Positions 25,301-39,237 are shown, counted from the stretch's first letter. The stretch is DNA of 64,000 bases from Octopus vulgaris (GCA_951406725.2 OX597834.1:31062001-31126000); one strand, 5' to 3'. Program-made: numbers and translations. The notes: generated by a model not told the origin, from the letters alone.

Positions 25301-28062
25301 GGCTGGTCGATATCGAAATGAGTAAACAAGGGTTTGGTCACAAATACAGGAGAATGTGGGACTAAATTCTTTTGCTGTGATACAGGTGCAACACTGATTT
25401 TCTGGCAACTGATTGTCTGACACCTCCTTTAATCCAGATAAAGAGAGGGAACTTGAAATTCCTGTGGCCACCAGTCGAGATCATTTCATAATTAGAGGTG
25501 ATGTTGTGTATATCATGGGTTTATGTGCAGTATTTACACTGCACTTGTTCGTTAGCAATACCACCAACATTTTGAGACTTGCTCTGCTAATTTAGCTTAA
25601 AGTTAGCTTTAGCTGTGGCTGTTGAAGGTAAGAGAGCTGAGTGTGTTAGTGAAAGTGTTAAACACCTGCCTGTATCAACCATGGATAAAGGAGAGCTTTT
25701 AACATAAATGGACCATGATGGTTTAGCACATGAGCTGCGTACTATAATTAGTGACTAGTACATAATTATTAGGTTAGAGGTGTATTGATGAATTATTATT
25801 TTGTGACCATCAATTGTCTAGCAAAATGATTGTGTGTGCATGCACACACACACACAAACACACAGGTATTTGTGTATGACAAGTTTCCACACAGTTTCCA
25901 TCTGCCAAATTCTCTCGCAAGACATTGGTCACTTAAGGTACCACACAGTAGGACTGAAACTGGAACCACGTGATTGCAGAACAAGCTTTGCTACTGGTCT
26001 GTCCCAACCTTCAAAATCCTTCTGGCCCAAAAGCGTTGTTGATCTCTGTACCCGTTTTTCTAGGCATCTTTATTCCTAGTGCTGCTACTGCTCTGTCGAA
26101 GCCCCTTATATCTTACAGGGCCAAATGTGTTTGTCTACATATTCTATTCTTTTCCTTTTCACTGGTTTCTGTCATAGGACTGTGGCCATTCTGGAGTGCA
26201 ACCTTTAAGGATCTAAAAATCTATATCGTCAACCCTGGCACACATTGGTATCTCAATTTATTTATTGGCAACACAAAGATCAAAGGCAAAATTATCGTTT
26301 GGAAAGGCAGGAACCAAATAGCCCAAAGTATATTTTTGCATTTGAATCAACGATCATGTCATCTCTTGCTAATACACTTCGGAACACCTGATGGGCTTCT
26401 GTACAAGATTCCATCTAGCAAATTTCATTCACAAGATTTTGGTCAACTCCAGGCTAAGATGGAAGACATTAAAGCAAAGTGCTGCATGGGGAGAATTGAA
26501 GCCGAAAACCCTTTGGCTAGGAAGCAAACTTCTGAACCACACAACCGCGATTTGTGTCGAGGAAATTAGGCAGACACTTAAGCATTATCAAGGTAACGTC
26601 TTGTTCTATGCTGCTTCCTTTAATGGAGTTCTTATGTTGAATGTCAACACAGATCCATACCACACACACAGATATGCTGCTAGCACGGGTCTATTTCATG
26701 CATGTCTGTCTGTGTGTATGCATTATTCATGTGTTTGTCAGTTTCTCTCTCTCTCTCTCTCTCCATCTATCTATCAATGTGTATATAGACATAAATTCAA
26801 CAATTCAGTATACAAACAGATATACAAGCACCCAAGTGCACCACTAGCAGAGCTTTATTCCATGTATGTATGACGGCATGACTATGCATCTGTGTGTACA
26901 TCTCTTTATCTCTCTATGTAGTATATATAATACATATGCATATGAGTGTATATAAACAAGCTTGTAAACATGTGTGTGTGTTTGTGTGCACACTCACATC
27001 AATTTTATAAGCGATTTCTGTCTGTCTGTCTCTCTTTAGGCATCAATTCCTGATATGGAAGATATAGTTTCTCCTCAAATAAACTCCTCATACATTCACA
27101 CTATCTTCTTAGACAAACTCCTTATATACTATTTCTCTCTCTCTCTCTCTCTCTTTCTCTTCCCCCTCTCTTTCTCTCTCTCTCTCTCTATCTATGTGTG
27201 TGTGTGTGTGTATACATGGATGCTGTTACCATGGGAACTTAGTGACATTTAACAACTCTTTACAGACATCTGCTGTGTCAGACCTGCTGTTGTCATGGCT
27301 ACATGTGTTGCAACCTGCTTTTGCACAGCTGTTTTCTATCCGACAACTTCCTTCTCCTGCTCATCACCATCATCATCATAACCTTTGTCAGCATCATCAT
27401 CATCATCATCATCATCATAACCACTGCTATCATCACTTTTGTTATGAATATGTGTTGTTGCCACAACAGCCTCCAATATCATCGCCACCACCACCACCAC
27501 TGCTGTCTTCATCACCATCACCATCATTTTTATCAGCATCCTCATCATCATCATCATCATCTGTGCTGTCATTTTTGCAGTGTCGATGTTGATCGTTATT
27601 TGTATTGACAGTTCTGATTGTCATCATCTCATAAACAAGATGCTGTCATCACTGCCATCCCCCCCACCACAACCACCGCATCATCACTGCCATCATTATC
27701 CTCATTATTCATGCAATACCCTCTGTGGACAACTGCTACCACCACCATCACCACCACCACCACCAACACCACCACCACCACCTCAACCTCAGCTATCACC
27801 ATTGCTCTTACTACTACAACAGCCATGTCCACTCTTAGTAGTATTCTCATAAATAACCCTGACCACTGTTGCACCACTACCAAGGGCATTCCCCACAATC
27901 ACCACACACACACACACACACACATATATATGTTGTATGCACATTTTAATGCATGCATTTATATGTATGAATGTGTATTTGCGCATGTATGTTTGTTTGT
28001 ATATTTCTCTCTCTAATATATATGTGTGTGTGCGTGTATGCATATATATATCTTTATGTATA

Positions 28063-28286
28063 CAGTAATCCCTCGCCATATCGCGGTTCACCTATTGCAG
28101 TTTATTATTCAAGCTTACGTTGATGCCTCTGAGGTGTTTTGCATTTATAATAATGTAAATATATGCAAATTAAAAAAAAGAATTTAAAAAAATATACAAT
28201 ACAGTACTGTTTCTACTTCACGGATTTTCACCTATCGCGGGGGGGGGCTTTGGAACGTAACACCTGTGGTAGTCAAGGGATTGCTG
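28063..28286. mobile_element. Tigger/pogo-type MITE
   Basis: TA|CAGTAATCCCTCG ... CAAGGGATTGCTG terminal inverted repeats. Confidence 0.7.
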
Positions 28287-28492
28287 TGCACTAAAGTACT
28301 CAATTCATCAAGTAGAGCGTATATTGATTTATTTTATGACAACAGGTGACTCTTACAGAACTTGTGCTGTAGCACTCCTGGTGAATTCATCATCTATAGG
28401 TATATGTATATATATATATATATTTATGTGTGTATGTATGTGTATATATATATGTGTATATATATGTATATATATATATGTATATATATGTG

Positions 28493-28525
<33 letters not shown>

Positions 28526-29189
28526 ATATATGTGTATATATATATATGTGTGTGTGTGTGTGTATATATGTGTATATATATATATGTGTGTGTGTGTGTG
28601 TATATATGTATATATATGTATATGTATATATATGTGTATATATATGCGTATATGTATATATATATGTATATATGCATATATATGTGTGTGTGAATTTGTG
28701 TATATTAACACACAAGAAGCTTGCTTCCCGGATGCAGGCGTGGTTCTGTAGTAAGGAGTTTGCTTTGCAGCCACATGGTTCTGGTTCAGTCCCTGGGCCA
28801 ACCAAATCCTTGTGAACAGATTTGGTAGACAGAAACTGAAAAAAAAAACCAGTGTATATACCTTATATGTATATGTTGGTATAGGTGTCTGAGTGCGTGT
28901 ATGTTTGTGTCTCCTTGCCTTGACATCATGTGATAGTTGTAAATGAGTGTCACTGTCATACAAGCAGTGTCGTTCATTTCCAATATGCTGCGAAAACATG
29001 TCTGGCTGTGGGGAAATATTACCTTGCTTGGAAAGAGGTGAGGGTTGGTGACAGGAAAGGCATCCAGACATAGAAAATCTACCTCAGTACACTGTCTGAT
29101 CCATGCAAGCTTGGAAAAGTAAATGTTAAAGTGGTGGTGGTGGTGGTCATGATGATGATTTCTAAATGTGTGTAACCTCTCTCTTTACT

Positions 29190-29585
29190 CTTTACTCTCT
29201 ATTACTTGTTTCAGTCATTTGACTGTGGCCATGCTGGAGCACCACCTTTAATCGATCAACTCGACCCCGGGACTTATTCTTTTGTAAGCCCAGTACTTAT
29301 TCTATCGGTTTCTTTTGCCGAACCGCTAAGTAACGGGGACATAAACACACCAGCATCGGTTGTCAAGCAATGCTAAGGGGACAAACACACACACACAAAC
29401 ACACACACGCATATATATACATATATATGACGGGCTTCTTTCAGTTTCCGTCTACCAAATCCACTCACAAGGCTTTGGTCGGCCCGAGGCTATAGTAGAA
29501 GACACTTGCCTAAGGTGCCATGCAGTGGGACTGAACCCGGAACCATGTGGTTGGTAAACAAGCTACTTACCACACAGCCACTCCT
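29190..29585 (-). mobile_element. Full-length SINE family B
   Basis: Complete head-core-(CA)n-tail organisation ending in TTTACTCT repeats on the plus strand. Confidence 0.85.
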
Positions 29586-31163
29586 GTGACTATGTGTAAT
29601 TATTTTCTGATCTGATGCATGCATATCTTTCTCAAATATAACACCTACATACAGATTTGGAACACTTGGAGTAAGCAGATTGCTTCAAGAACACACAGCT
29701 TGGATTTTAACCCCATCTACAGAATCATTGTGCAGCCCCCAACACTAAAGCGTTTATTGGTACCTTACCAATATGGTACTACCCTACCAATACATTACTT
29801 TAAATTTAGTTTAAATGAAAAACTTGTAAGTTTACAAATTCTTGGAGTTCTTTAAAAATTTGAATCTTCAACTGTTAGCATTTAACAAATCCTCATCCAG
29901 ACCTGATCCCAATACTGGATGTTGAAGAACAAAATGAAGGTCAGATTTTCAATGCTGGGATCATCCTGATTCCAAAAAGGTATGTCTATCTAGAGCAAAT
30001 GAAGACTAGGGCACAGGAGACCCCCATTCATATATGTCTTAGTCATCTGCAGAGGAAACCATAACATTTTCATGTCGTCATTTTTCCCATGCAAAATAGA
30101 ATTGGTTGGCTGCAAATCTTTGCGGAATGGTTTTTTTCAGAGATTTCCATCTCTTGGATGAATTATCTTCACTAAAGCCCAACCGTTCTCCTCACCGTGG
30201 TGCTGGGGGTGGCAACAGCATGTGGTAAGTATGCTGGCTAAACGGCTCTTGGCCTGGGGAAAGACCTGGCCACCTACCTCAGTATCCTGGCCAATATACT
30301 CTATGGATCAAAAGATCATAACTGGTCAACACCATCTATCCTAGGCTATATTGTGTGGTCATTGACTCTCCCGAGTTCTTCCACCCTTTCACAGCCCTTG
30401 TTTCTCATCCTGCAGGATGTCCAAAAATCACTCTCCTCACTGAGCAAGCTTGGGTGGGGGTTGCTGGTTCAGTCACCAATGGCCCGACTATGCTGCAGGT
30501 TGTACTGGATTACTTGTTACCAGGAGCACAAGAGCAACCCTGCATATTATATATGATGTAATTATTATTATAAGACAAGGCAGCGAGCTGGCAGTACCGT
30601 TAACATGCCAGGGGAAATACTTAGCGGTATTTCACCCATCGCTATGTTCTGTGTTCAGATTCTGCTGAGGTCGACTTGCTTTTCATCCTTTCGGGGGTCG
30701 ATGTAATCAACTATCCCCCGCCCCCAAATTTAAGGCTTTGTGCCTATAATAGAAAGGATTATTATAATATAAGATATATATGATGTAATACACACATGTG
30801 TGAATGCCCCTTTGGACCCCCAACATTGAAACGTGTCACCAGACTCCCTCTCTTGTCTCTCTCTGTTGGATGGATTACAGCGATGTAAGTTCATTGACCC
30901 TCTTACTGTGTGGTCAGAACCAGATACCTCCCTCCTCCAGTCAGTAGCATTGTCACCCCGCATCCAGGTTGCTTCTAGAATTTAGAGCTTGGAACATAAG
31001 ATACAGTACTTGAATGGGTCATCTACATAGAATTAGGTGTCACTAGGTGATGTTCTCTCTTTCAGTGAGAGGGAAGACAATATAAAATGATAGTCACTCT
31101 CTCTCGCTCTCAATGTGTGTGTGTGTGTTAGTCCCTTGGCTACTGGAGATAAGGTAGATAATT

Positions 31164-31204
31164 TTGATGCTGATGTTGCTTATTCAAGGAGAAACGTCTG
31201 TCAA
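31164..31204 (+). ncRNA. Decayed minimal hammerhead motif
   Basis: TTGATG-CTGATGT-TGCTT-ATTC-AAGGA-GAAA-CG-TC-TGTCAA. A9 mutated and one mismatch in stem II. Confidence 0.4.
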
Positions 31205-31558
31205 TGATTGGCTTCTTCTTTCCAGACATTAATCCTGTCTTTCTCCTTAATGGCATGTCATCGATCGATCCATCAGTCATCTCCACCCACTATTTCTAGG
31301 AAGGTTGTTGAGGGTAGAGTCCTTAGGCACCTCCATAGGGTCTTGTCAGAGGCAACCATCATTACACTCTTCCTTGTTCGCTTTTTCCTTCTCTCTGCTC
31401 TGCTGCTGTTCTTCTCAGGAAAGACCAATATCCAAAATTTTGAGAATCTTCTCCCAGCATTAGGCTAATCTAATATTTGTTAAAACTTGCCCTTCTTGTA
31501 TTGTTTTTTTTTCTGTCATTTTATTTTTTCATTGCCTTTGCAATACACACACACACAC

Positions 31559-31772
31559 ATGAGGGGGTGCTGAAATGTTCTTGGTTTTAATGGTATCATG
31601 AAAGGCCTGGTTGGAGGCCAAAACTTCCGAGTTCTTTAACAGGGCTTCAAAAAACTGAAGGACTGCTGCAATAAGCGTGTGAACCTGAGAAGGGAATATA
31701 TTGAATAAAATCATAACCGATCCTCCTGTATTTTCTTTTACACTAAGCCAAGAACTTTTTAGCACTGCCTTG
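31559..31772 (+). mobile_element. Internally deleted mariner element (MITE)
   Basis: TIRs GAGGGGGTGCTGAAATGTTCTTGG / CCAAGAACTTTTTAGCACTGCCTTG|TA. Internal remnant WLEAKTSEFFNR../FKKLKDCCNKRVNLRREYIE resembles the mariner transposase C-terminus. Confidence 0.75.
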
Positions 31773-32010
31773 TATTTATATATGTATACACACATGCACC
31801 TGGCTTATTTCAGTTTCTGTCTACTAAATCCACCCATAAGGTTTTGTTGGCCCAAGGTTATAGTTGAAGACACTTGTCCAAGGTGCCATGCAGTAGGACT
31901 GAATCCAAAACCATGTGAGATACACACACACACACACACACACATGGAAAAATGGTTGACAAATGAGCAGCAAATGTATACACTTGTGAAGTCCATATAG
32001 GTCTGGCTCA

Positions 32011-32243
32011 GAAGGCGGCGAGCTGGCAGAAACGTTAGCATGCCGGGCGAAATGCGTAGCCGTATTTCGTCTGCTGTTACGTTCTGAGTTCAAATTCTGC
32101 CGAGGTCGACTTTGCCTTTCATCCTTTCGGGGTCGATAAATAAAGTACCAGTTACGCACTGGGGTCGATATAATCAACTTAATCCGTTTGTCTGTCCTTG
32201 TTTGTCCCCTCTGTGTTTAGTCCCTTGTGGGTAGTAAAGAAAT
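32011..32243 (+). mobile_element. Young SINE family A with 16-bp TSD
   Basis: TSD ATATAGGTCTGGCTCA at 31995-32010 and 32244-32259. Confidence 0.9.
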
Positions 32244-32724
32244 ATATAGGTCTGGCTCACCAAGGACTATTCCTCTGCCCTAGGGTCAATGCCACAAGGA
32301 AATGGAAATGCTTGCAGTACATTCTGTTGGCAGTTAGAAGGGGATCTGGCTGTAGAAACCAAGCTAAATGGAATGTATGAATGCCAATTCTATGGTTGTA
32401 GCAGCTCTCGTTAACAGATAAATTAGATAGTGGATGATCCATCCAATCATTGCCAGTGCAGATAGCAGGTGTAAGTTGATGGTAATGGTGGTATGTGTAT
32501 ACGTGTGTCCAAAACTTTGGGGTACTTGTTAATTGTGTGAGTTGCCATGGAAAAAAATTGCTAAAATGTAGAAATAGTCGTGTTCGCGTGATGCACACAC
32601 TGATATTATATTAATATTTAAAAACAATTATTGTTATATTATTTCAATCTTTGTGAATTTATAAGCATTGTGTGTGTGTTTGTTTATTCGATACATATTT
32701 TTTTGTCTCTCTTGTCTCGCTCAC

Positions 32725-32781
<57 letters not shown>

Positions 32782-33132
32782 CACACATACATGTATATAT
32801 ACACATATATGCAAACACACACACTCGTGTATCTGCAGACCTCTCTAGCTATAATAGGTGTATATATATGTATGTATAGATAAGCAGGACCTCACAAACA
32901 CATGGCTCTCTCTCTCTTCATCTATCAATCTATCCATCTCTTTCTATCTACACCACACACAAACACACATACATGCATCTAAGTATATTATATGTTTGTA
33001 TATTCATGTGTATATATATATATCTGTGTGTGTGTATATGCAATCACTGTACTAACGACAAGCTTGTGACAGGTGGATCTATAACAGTCACAGCTACACC
33101 AACCACCACCACCACCACCACCACCACCACCA

Positions 33133-33199
<67 letters not shown>

Positions 33200-33206
33200 C
33201 AGCACC

Positions 33207-33259
<53 letters not shown>

Positions 33260-33812
33260 GTATGTGTAAACAGATATTTTGTCATGTTTGACAGCAAGTG
33301 TCACATTTTGATTCTCATCCCCCTCCCCGCCATCTCTCGTGCACTGTCATCTACCACCACCACCACCACCACCATCGCTATCAGCCCTCATTTCTGCTAC
33401 CTGTGGTAATGGTAATGGTGGTGGTGTAGGTGGGTGGGTGGGTGGTGGGTGGGGGGTAGACTAACTAGCAGAGCTTCTCTATTCCTTCTGAATCCCCTCG
33501 TCCCTGTCCTCATTGTCATTTCGCACCCCCCTCCCTACTTCCATCTCTCTTATCCCCTCTCTACCCCCCCCCCACGCTCACGGCGTCCACCACGCTATCT
33601 TTCTTCTCATATTTTTTTCCACCCCCTGCCTGAAAGTCCCCCCACCGTTGTTGTTGTTGTTGTTGTTAATTGACATGCAACCAACCCACCAACCAACCAA
33701 CCAACCAGCCAGCCTACCAGTTCTCTATGGAAAAAAAAATGGATGATTTGTTGGTTTTGACTTATTTTGTTTTTTAACTTATTAGCGATATGCAAAATAC
33801 ATGCTAATAATA

Positions 33813-33848
<36 letters not shown>

Positions 33849-33949
33849 GAGCATCATAGCCATGAAGGCATATAGGGTTGTTTAAGGATGTTGAAAGAAA
33901 CAGCCATGTTTCCAGAGGTGAATTATTCAAACCCCAAAGAATTCCTATC

Positions 33950-34115
33950 GGCACGTAAAAAGCACCCACTACACTCGCGGAGTGGTTGGCGTTAGGAAGG
34001 GCATCCAGCTGTAGAAACTCTGCCAGATCAGACTGGAGCCTGGTGCAGCCCCTGGCTTCCCAGACCCCGGTCAAACCATCCAACCCGTGCTAGCACGGAA
34101 AACGGATGTTAAACA

Positions 34116-34144
<29 letters not shown>
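33950..34144 (+). mobile_element. Family C retroposon (RTE-type tail, (GAT)n end)
   Basis: GGCACGTAAAAAGCACCCAC..GGCGTTAGGAAGGGCATCCAGCTGTAG..CCAACCCGTGCTAGCACGGAAAACGG + (GAT)n. Copies at 10985-11182, 40008-40345 (minus), 44553-44800 and 62697-62943. Confidence 0.8.
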
Positions 34145-34147
<3 letters not shown>

Positions 34148-34371
34148 AGGAATTCTTTGGGGTTTGAATAATTCACCTCTAGAAACATGGCTGTTTCTTT
34201 CAACATCCTTAAACAATGCTTATTCAGGGATCTTTTGAGCGGGATGGGTTACTTGGGACAAGGCCAGCATTTTTAAGAGGGGGAAAGTCGACCCCAGTAC
34301 TTGACTGATACTGTATTGTATTGAAAGGCAAAGTGAACCTCTGCAGAATAATAATAATAATAATGATTATT

Positions 34372-34730
34372 CTTTCATTAGTCACAAGGACTTACATACA
34401 AAACATTAAAAGACATACAACAACATAAAAAACAAAAATGGGACGATACAATGGGTTTACATGTGTACACAATGTAATAATAAGAATTGAACAAATTAAA
34501 ACTCCCAATAGGGGAGGTGTTTTAAGGTCCTTGTAGAAAACCCCGCAAAGGCCATGGATGCCTGAACAACAGGGCAAGAGCCCTTTTCCTTTTTTTTTTT
34601 TTACAGGTGCACACTCAGAATCAGTCCTTTCACACTGGCCATTCTTCCAACATTCACCCACCTCTCGGCAAACTTCCTGCAAGGCAACTCTTGAAAAAGT
34701 TGATGAGGGCTGGGCCAAAGTGGAAAGTGC
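34372..34730 (-). mobile_element. Decayed 3' end of an L1/Tx1-like LINE
   Basis: Minus-strand remnants GPALINFFK.. and ..ERWVNVGRMASVKG.. resemble a Tx1 ORF2 C-terminus as recalled; 3' end is CCTTGTGACTAATGAAAGAAT. Confidence 0.45.
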
Positions 34731-34952
34731 CTATCTTTAGCCCTTTCAAAAGGGTCCAGCGTAAGGCCAGCAGTTCCAAGGGAGGATGTAAATCAATTAC
34801 ATGAACCCCAGATTTCAACTGGTACTTATTTTATCGACCCTGGGAGGATGAAAGGTAAAGTTGACTTCAGTGGCATTTGAACTCAGTAAAGACAGACAAA
34901 ATGCCACTGAGCATCTTGTCCTCTGTGCTAACATTCCTGCTAGCTCACTGCC

Positions 34953-34984
<32 letters not shown>

Positions 34985-34985
<1 letters not shown>

Positions 34986-35335
34986 GCATCATAGCCGTGT
35001 GCGGGGAGCATTATAGCCGTGTGTTGAGAGGGATTCTTTGGGGTTTGAATAATTCACCTCTGGAAACATGGATGTTCCATTTAACATCCTTAAACAACCC
35101 TTATTCAGGGATCTTTTGAGCGGGATGGGTTACTCGACCAGAAGAAAATTCTAACTGGGCCCCACCTGCAAGGTCTTGCGCTGTTTATCTTGATATGAGA
35201 TCACCATGTCGCGCACATATGGTTGTGATGCATGTGCCTGGTGTACCCTTATCAGATGGGTAGTCATGATGGGTATATTGGGCTTCGTATACTTTACCCC
35301 AGTATCACTTTGATGGCATGCACTGCTCTCTCTCT
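34985..35335 (-). mobile_element. Family D repeat inserted in (TAA)n
   Basis: Reverse complement of 58800-59117. Both copies are flanked by TAA/ATT microsatellites on both sides. Confidence 0.8.
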
Positions 35336-36440
35336 CTCAATAATATAATAATAATAATAACAATAATAATAATAATGATGATGATAATAATAATAATAAT
35401 AATAATAATGATGATGATGATAATTTCTCAGCCAGGAAGAGAACCTGGCATCTTCCTCTTCCCCTCTCTTTTTCTCTCTAACTTTGAGTCTCACTTTGTC
35501 TCTCAATCACCTTTCTCTCTATTTTACCTTTCTCTCTTTTTGTCTGTCTTCTTATGTCTCTCTAACCTGCTCTTTCTCTCTTTCTGTCTGACACTTTCTC
35601 TCTCTCTCTCTCTCTCTCACTTCCTCTCCGTCTCTCTCCCTCTCTTTCTGTCACTTCCTCTCTGTCTGTCTGTCTGTCTGTCTATCTCTCTTGCTCAGCT
35701 GTTGCTACTGCTACCATCACAATCAATGCAGGTGTCTCATTTACAACTTACCTGTGTCTTTGATTACCTGAGCCGAACAAATTTCAGTCACTCTAGTTGT
35801 TCCATGAGTTTGTGTGTGTATGTCTGTATATGTACATGTATATGTATGCATTTGTGGTGCTTTGTGTGTACCCGTCTCTGTATTTATGTATGTGTTTATG
35901 ACTTTGTGTGTGTGTGTGTGTCTGTGTGTATGTACACATGTATGCATTTATGGCATATATATGCATGTGTGTATGCCTTTGTGACATATTGTCTGTCTTT
36001 GTCTTCACACACACATACACACACACACACACGTGACATTGTCTGACTTTATCTGTCTGTTACCAACACAGACATGTACATACTCTCACTAATATACACA
36101 CACAAGCACACACTTGTACATAGAAAGCTTAAGCACACACACACACTCACACACACACACATACAGTCATCTTGACAGTGTTTGACTTTCAGTCTGTCAC
36201 CTAATATACACACACACACACACACACATTTACACACATACACACTGGTGTACAGATGCATACATGTATAGAGACAAACATACATGGAGATATATATGTG
36301 CATACACATACACAGACACAAGCACAGTCACATACGCTCAAATACACTCTTACAGACATATACTACTCACATAGATTTATATACACTCACACAAACACAT
36401 ACACAGTCAGATACATACATGTATATATAACAGCTCATGA

Positions 36441-36493
<53 letters not shown>

Positions 36494-37185
36494 TATATAT
36501 ATATGCAGGCAAGCTCTTGCAGCTACATAAACACACATACAAATACACATCTATACACACACACACATACAAACTTTCTCTCTCTTTCATGCACACACAC
36601 AACACACACATGTGGAACAGACTCAACTGCTCCTGACAGTATTGAAGCAGACCTCATTGACTTTTCCTTCCTAATACAACAACAACAACAACAAACAAAC
36701 AACAACTGCATCTCTACTTGGCTGCATGGTTAAGAAGCTTTGCATTCGTGCAATCATGTGGATCCTGGTTCAATCCCCTTGCATGGCATTTTGGGGGGTG
36801 CTAGTGTCTCTTACTAAAAGTCTCAGGCTACAAGTGGAATTTTATTGATGGAATTATTAGGAGAGGCCTGTTTTGCATGTAGTTATCTCCCTTGTTTTTT
36901 TTTTGTTTTTTTAGCTTTTGAACCCCCTCCTCCCCCATAAAAAGGATTCTTGTCTTCAAATTGCAAGGAAAGTCGTCTCAGTAATAACAGCTTTTCCACT
37001 CCCTACACTTCATATATGAGTCTAGGCACAGATGTGGCTCTATGGTAAGCAGTTTGCTTGCCAACCTTATGGTTTCAGGTTCAGTCCCACTGTGTGGCAC
37101 CTTGGGTAAGTCTCTTCTTTTACAGCTTTGGGCTGACCAAACCCTTGTGAGTGGATTTTGTAGACAGGAACTGAAAGAAGCCCAT

Positions 37186-37216
<31 letters not shown>

Positions 37217-37404
37217 TATGTACACACTCTTTAACTTGTTTCAGTCATTTGACTGTGGCCATACTGGAGCACCACCTTTAGTTGAATAAATCAACCCCAG
37301 GACTTATTCTTTGTAAGCCTGGTAGTTATTCTATTGGTCGCTTTTACTGACCGGGATTTAAACACACCAACATCAGTTGCCAAGCGATGGTGAGGGGGAC
37401 AAAT

Positions 37405-37461
<57 letters not shown>

Positions 37462-37499
37462 TCATCATCATCATATATAGACATGTATACATATACATA

Positions 37500-38216
37500 C
37501 AGTGAATTCCCTCCTGTCTAGTGCCCCTAGGTTGCTGTGGTAACTGAATTTTCCAGGTATTTGATCATCACTTTTTGAATTACCATGGCACCTTAAAAAA
37601 CCCTCATTAAACTCTGTGTATACACCAGTGTTATCATTAATATTCTGAATATTGTAGAAATTAGTAAAATAAGCAGCAGCTCAGAATGGCCGAAGCATCG
37701 GCTAAACTACCAGCATTATTTGTTAGCTGTTGGGGCACTACATCCTTCAAAATTTCTCCGTTTCCTGAAGTTCAACTACACCTGGTGCCTCCCTGTTTAT
37801 TTTCAGAAATTTCTGAAAAACTTTTCAGATGACTCATTTGCTGTTCATTTCCTGCACATTATTCTATGTCCTGTTCATGCACTTTTGGCTGTTTTTTCTG
37901 ATGAGTTGCAGTGCACCTGAGAACTGTGTGTGATAAGTTCATTATTATTATTATTAGTGAAGAACAACTTTTGTTCAACTTATAGAGCACAGGTGTGGTA
38001 AACAGTCAAGTAAAACATACTGTATTGTACTTTGAGAAGCAACAATTCATTTTAGATACAGTAGAAACTTACTTTTAATGACAATTAATTAACACAAATT
38101 AGCACAAGTTCTCTTGACTTTAATTAACAACATAATTAAAAGGAAAATATTTCCCCAGTGCTGGTTGCTTGAGTATTTTAGTTGTTTGAGTGCTGGACAA
38201 AGGGAAGTTTACTCTG
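37500..38216. mobile_element. Old Tigger/pogo-like deletion derivative
   Basis: TA|CAGTGAATTCCCTCCTGTCTAG ... CTGGACAAAGGGAAGTTTACTCTG degenerate TIRs. Confidence 0.45.
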
Positions 38217-38345
38217 TGTGTGTGTGATGTTGGTAGACAGGTGTCCTATCCATGAGAAGATTTATCTCTCATCATTGGGTGTCTGTGGTGGTACAACCTA
38301 ATTATCTGGGGGCATTGCCTGAAGTCAGCTGGTGTCACTCTAAGG

Positions 38346-38599
38346 GAGGCATTCTCAACCAGGTCCCATGTGAGCCTTGGGGGTTCATAGATTTTGATAA
38401 ACTTCATCTGCAATAAAACAGTTATACTTCAACAATACACAACATATTTAAGCCTTTTTTTAAAAATACAATTCCTAATAACATTTAATTGTAAAAATAT
38501 AATAGTTTTTGGACATCAGATGACAAGGAAGTTCCCCATCAGCTGTGAGTAAATAGGGATCAAAGGGGTCCATAGGCAACAAATGCTTGAGAATCACTG
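38346..38599. mobile_element. hAT MITE with perfect 8-bp TSD
   Basis: TSD CTCTAAGG at 38338-45 and 38600-07; TIR cores ATTCTCAA / TTGAGAAT. Confidence 0.8.
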
Positions 38600-38689
38600 C
38601 TCTAAGGAGAGGTTTCGTCTCCCACCCCAGGGTCCCGGTAAATTCTACATTACCTCAATCCATACCCCCTCTCAGTAGTAACAGTTTAC

Positions 38690-39225
38690 TACCAACATCA
38701 AATCCTCTGGGAATCGTTCCTGTGCTTGACTGGCTTTTTATCCAGAGAGATCTCTCTCTCTAATCGTAGTGTCACCATACTAGTATGCTACTTTACCTCA
38801 GTACACTTAGCTGACAATAGGTACCACCAGGTCATAAGGAAGATGTTACCCATGTGAGACTTATGTCATATCCAGAAGAGATCTCTTTCATTACAATATC
38901 TCTGTAGTGGTATGCGATATTCTTCATTACCTCATATATCCTATATGTCAGTAGTTATCACACAATCATCTGAGAAGTGTTTGTGCTAGCCTGGTGTCAT
39001 ATCCGGGGAGATATTTATCTCGCATCTCAGTGTCTCTTGTATGGTGCACCATATTCTCCTTTACCTCAGTACGCTCAAGCTGTCAGTATCATCAGATCAT
39101 TTGGCAAGGTTATCTGTATCAGACTGTTGTCATATCTTGGCAGATATTTATGTTTCATCATAGTTTCTCTGTAGTTGTACGCCGGAGTCTATATCACCTC
39201 AGTACATTTCAATGTGTCACTCTCA
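38690..39225. repeat. Highly degenerate ~131-bp tandem repeat, about 4 units
   Basis: TATCC..GAGAT(C/A)T-like motif at ~38739, 38868, 38999, 39132 and ACCTCA(G/T)(T/A) motif at ~38796, 38929, 39063, 39196. Confidence 0.65.
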
Positions 39226-39237
39226 ATATGCTTAAAT

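Noticed and set aside
25386-25627. Exon-like segment CAG|GT..GAAG|GTAAGA
   Set aside because: The phase-compatible frame stops after about 11 codons, the 60-aa ORF also stops before the donor, and the peptide is unrecognisable.
29879-29979. Possible exon HLTNPHPDLIPILDVEEQNEGQIFNAGIILIPK ending AAG|GTATGT
   Set aside because: Weak acceptor, phase incompatible with exon 1, and no recognisable homology. Cannot be supported without RNA data.
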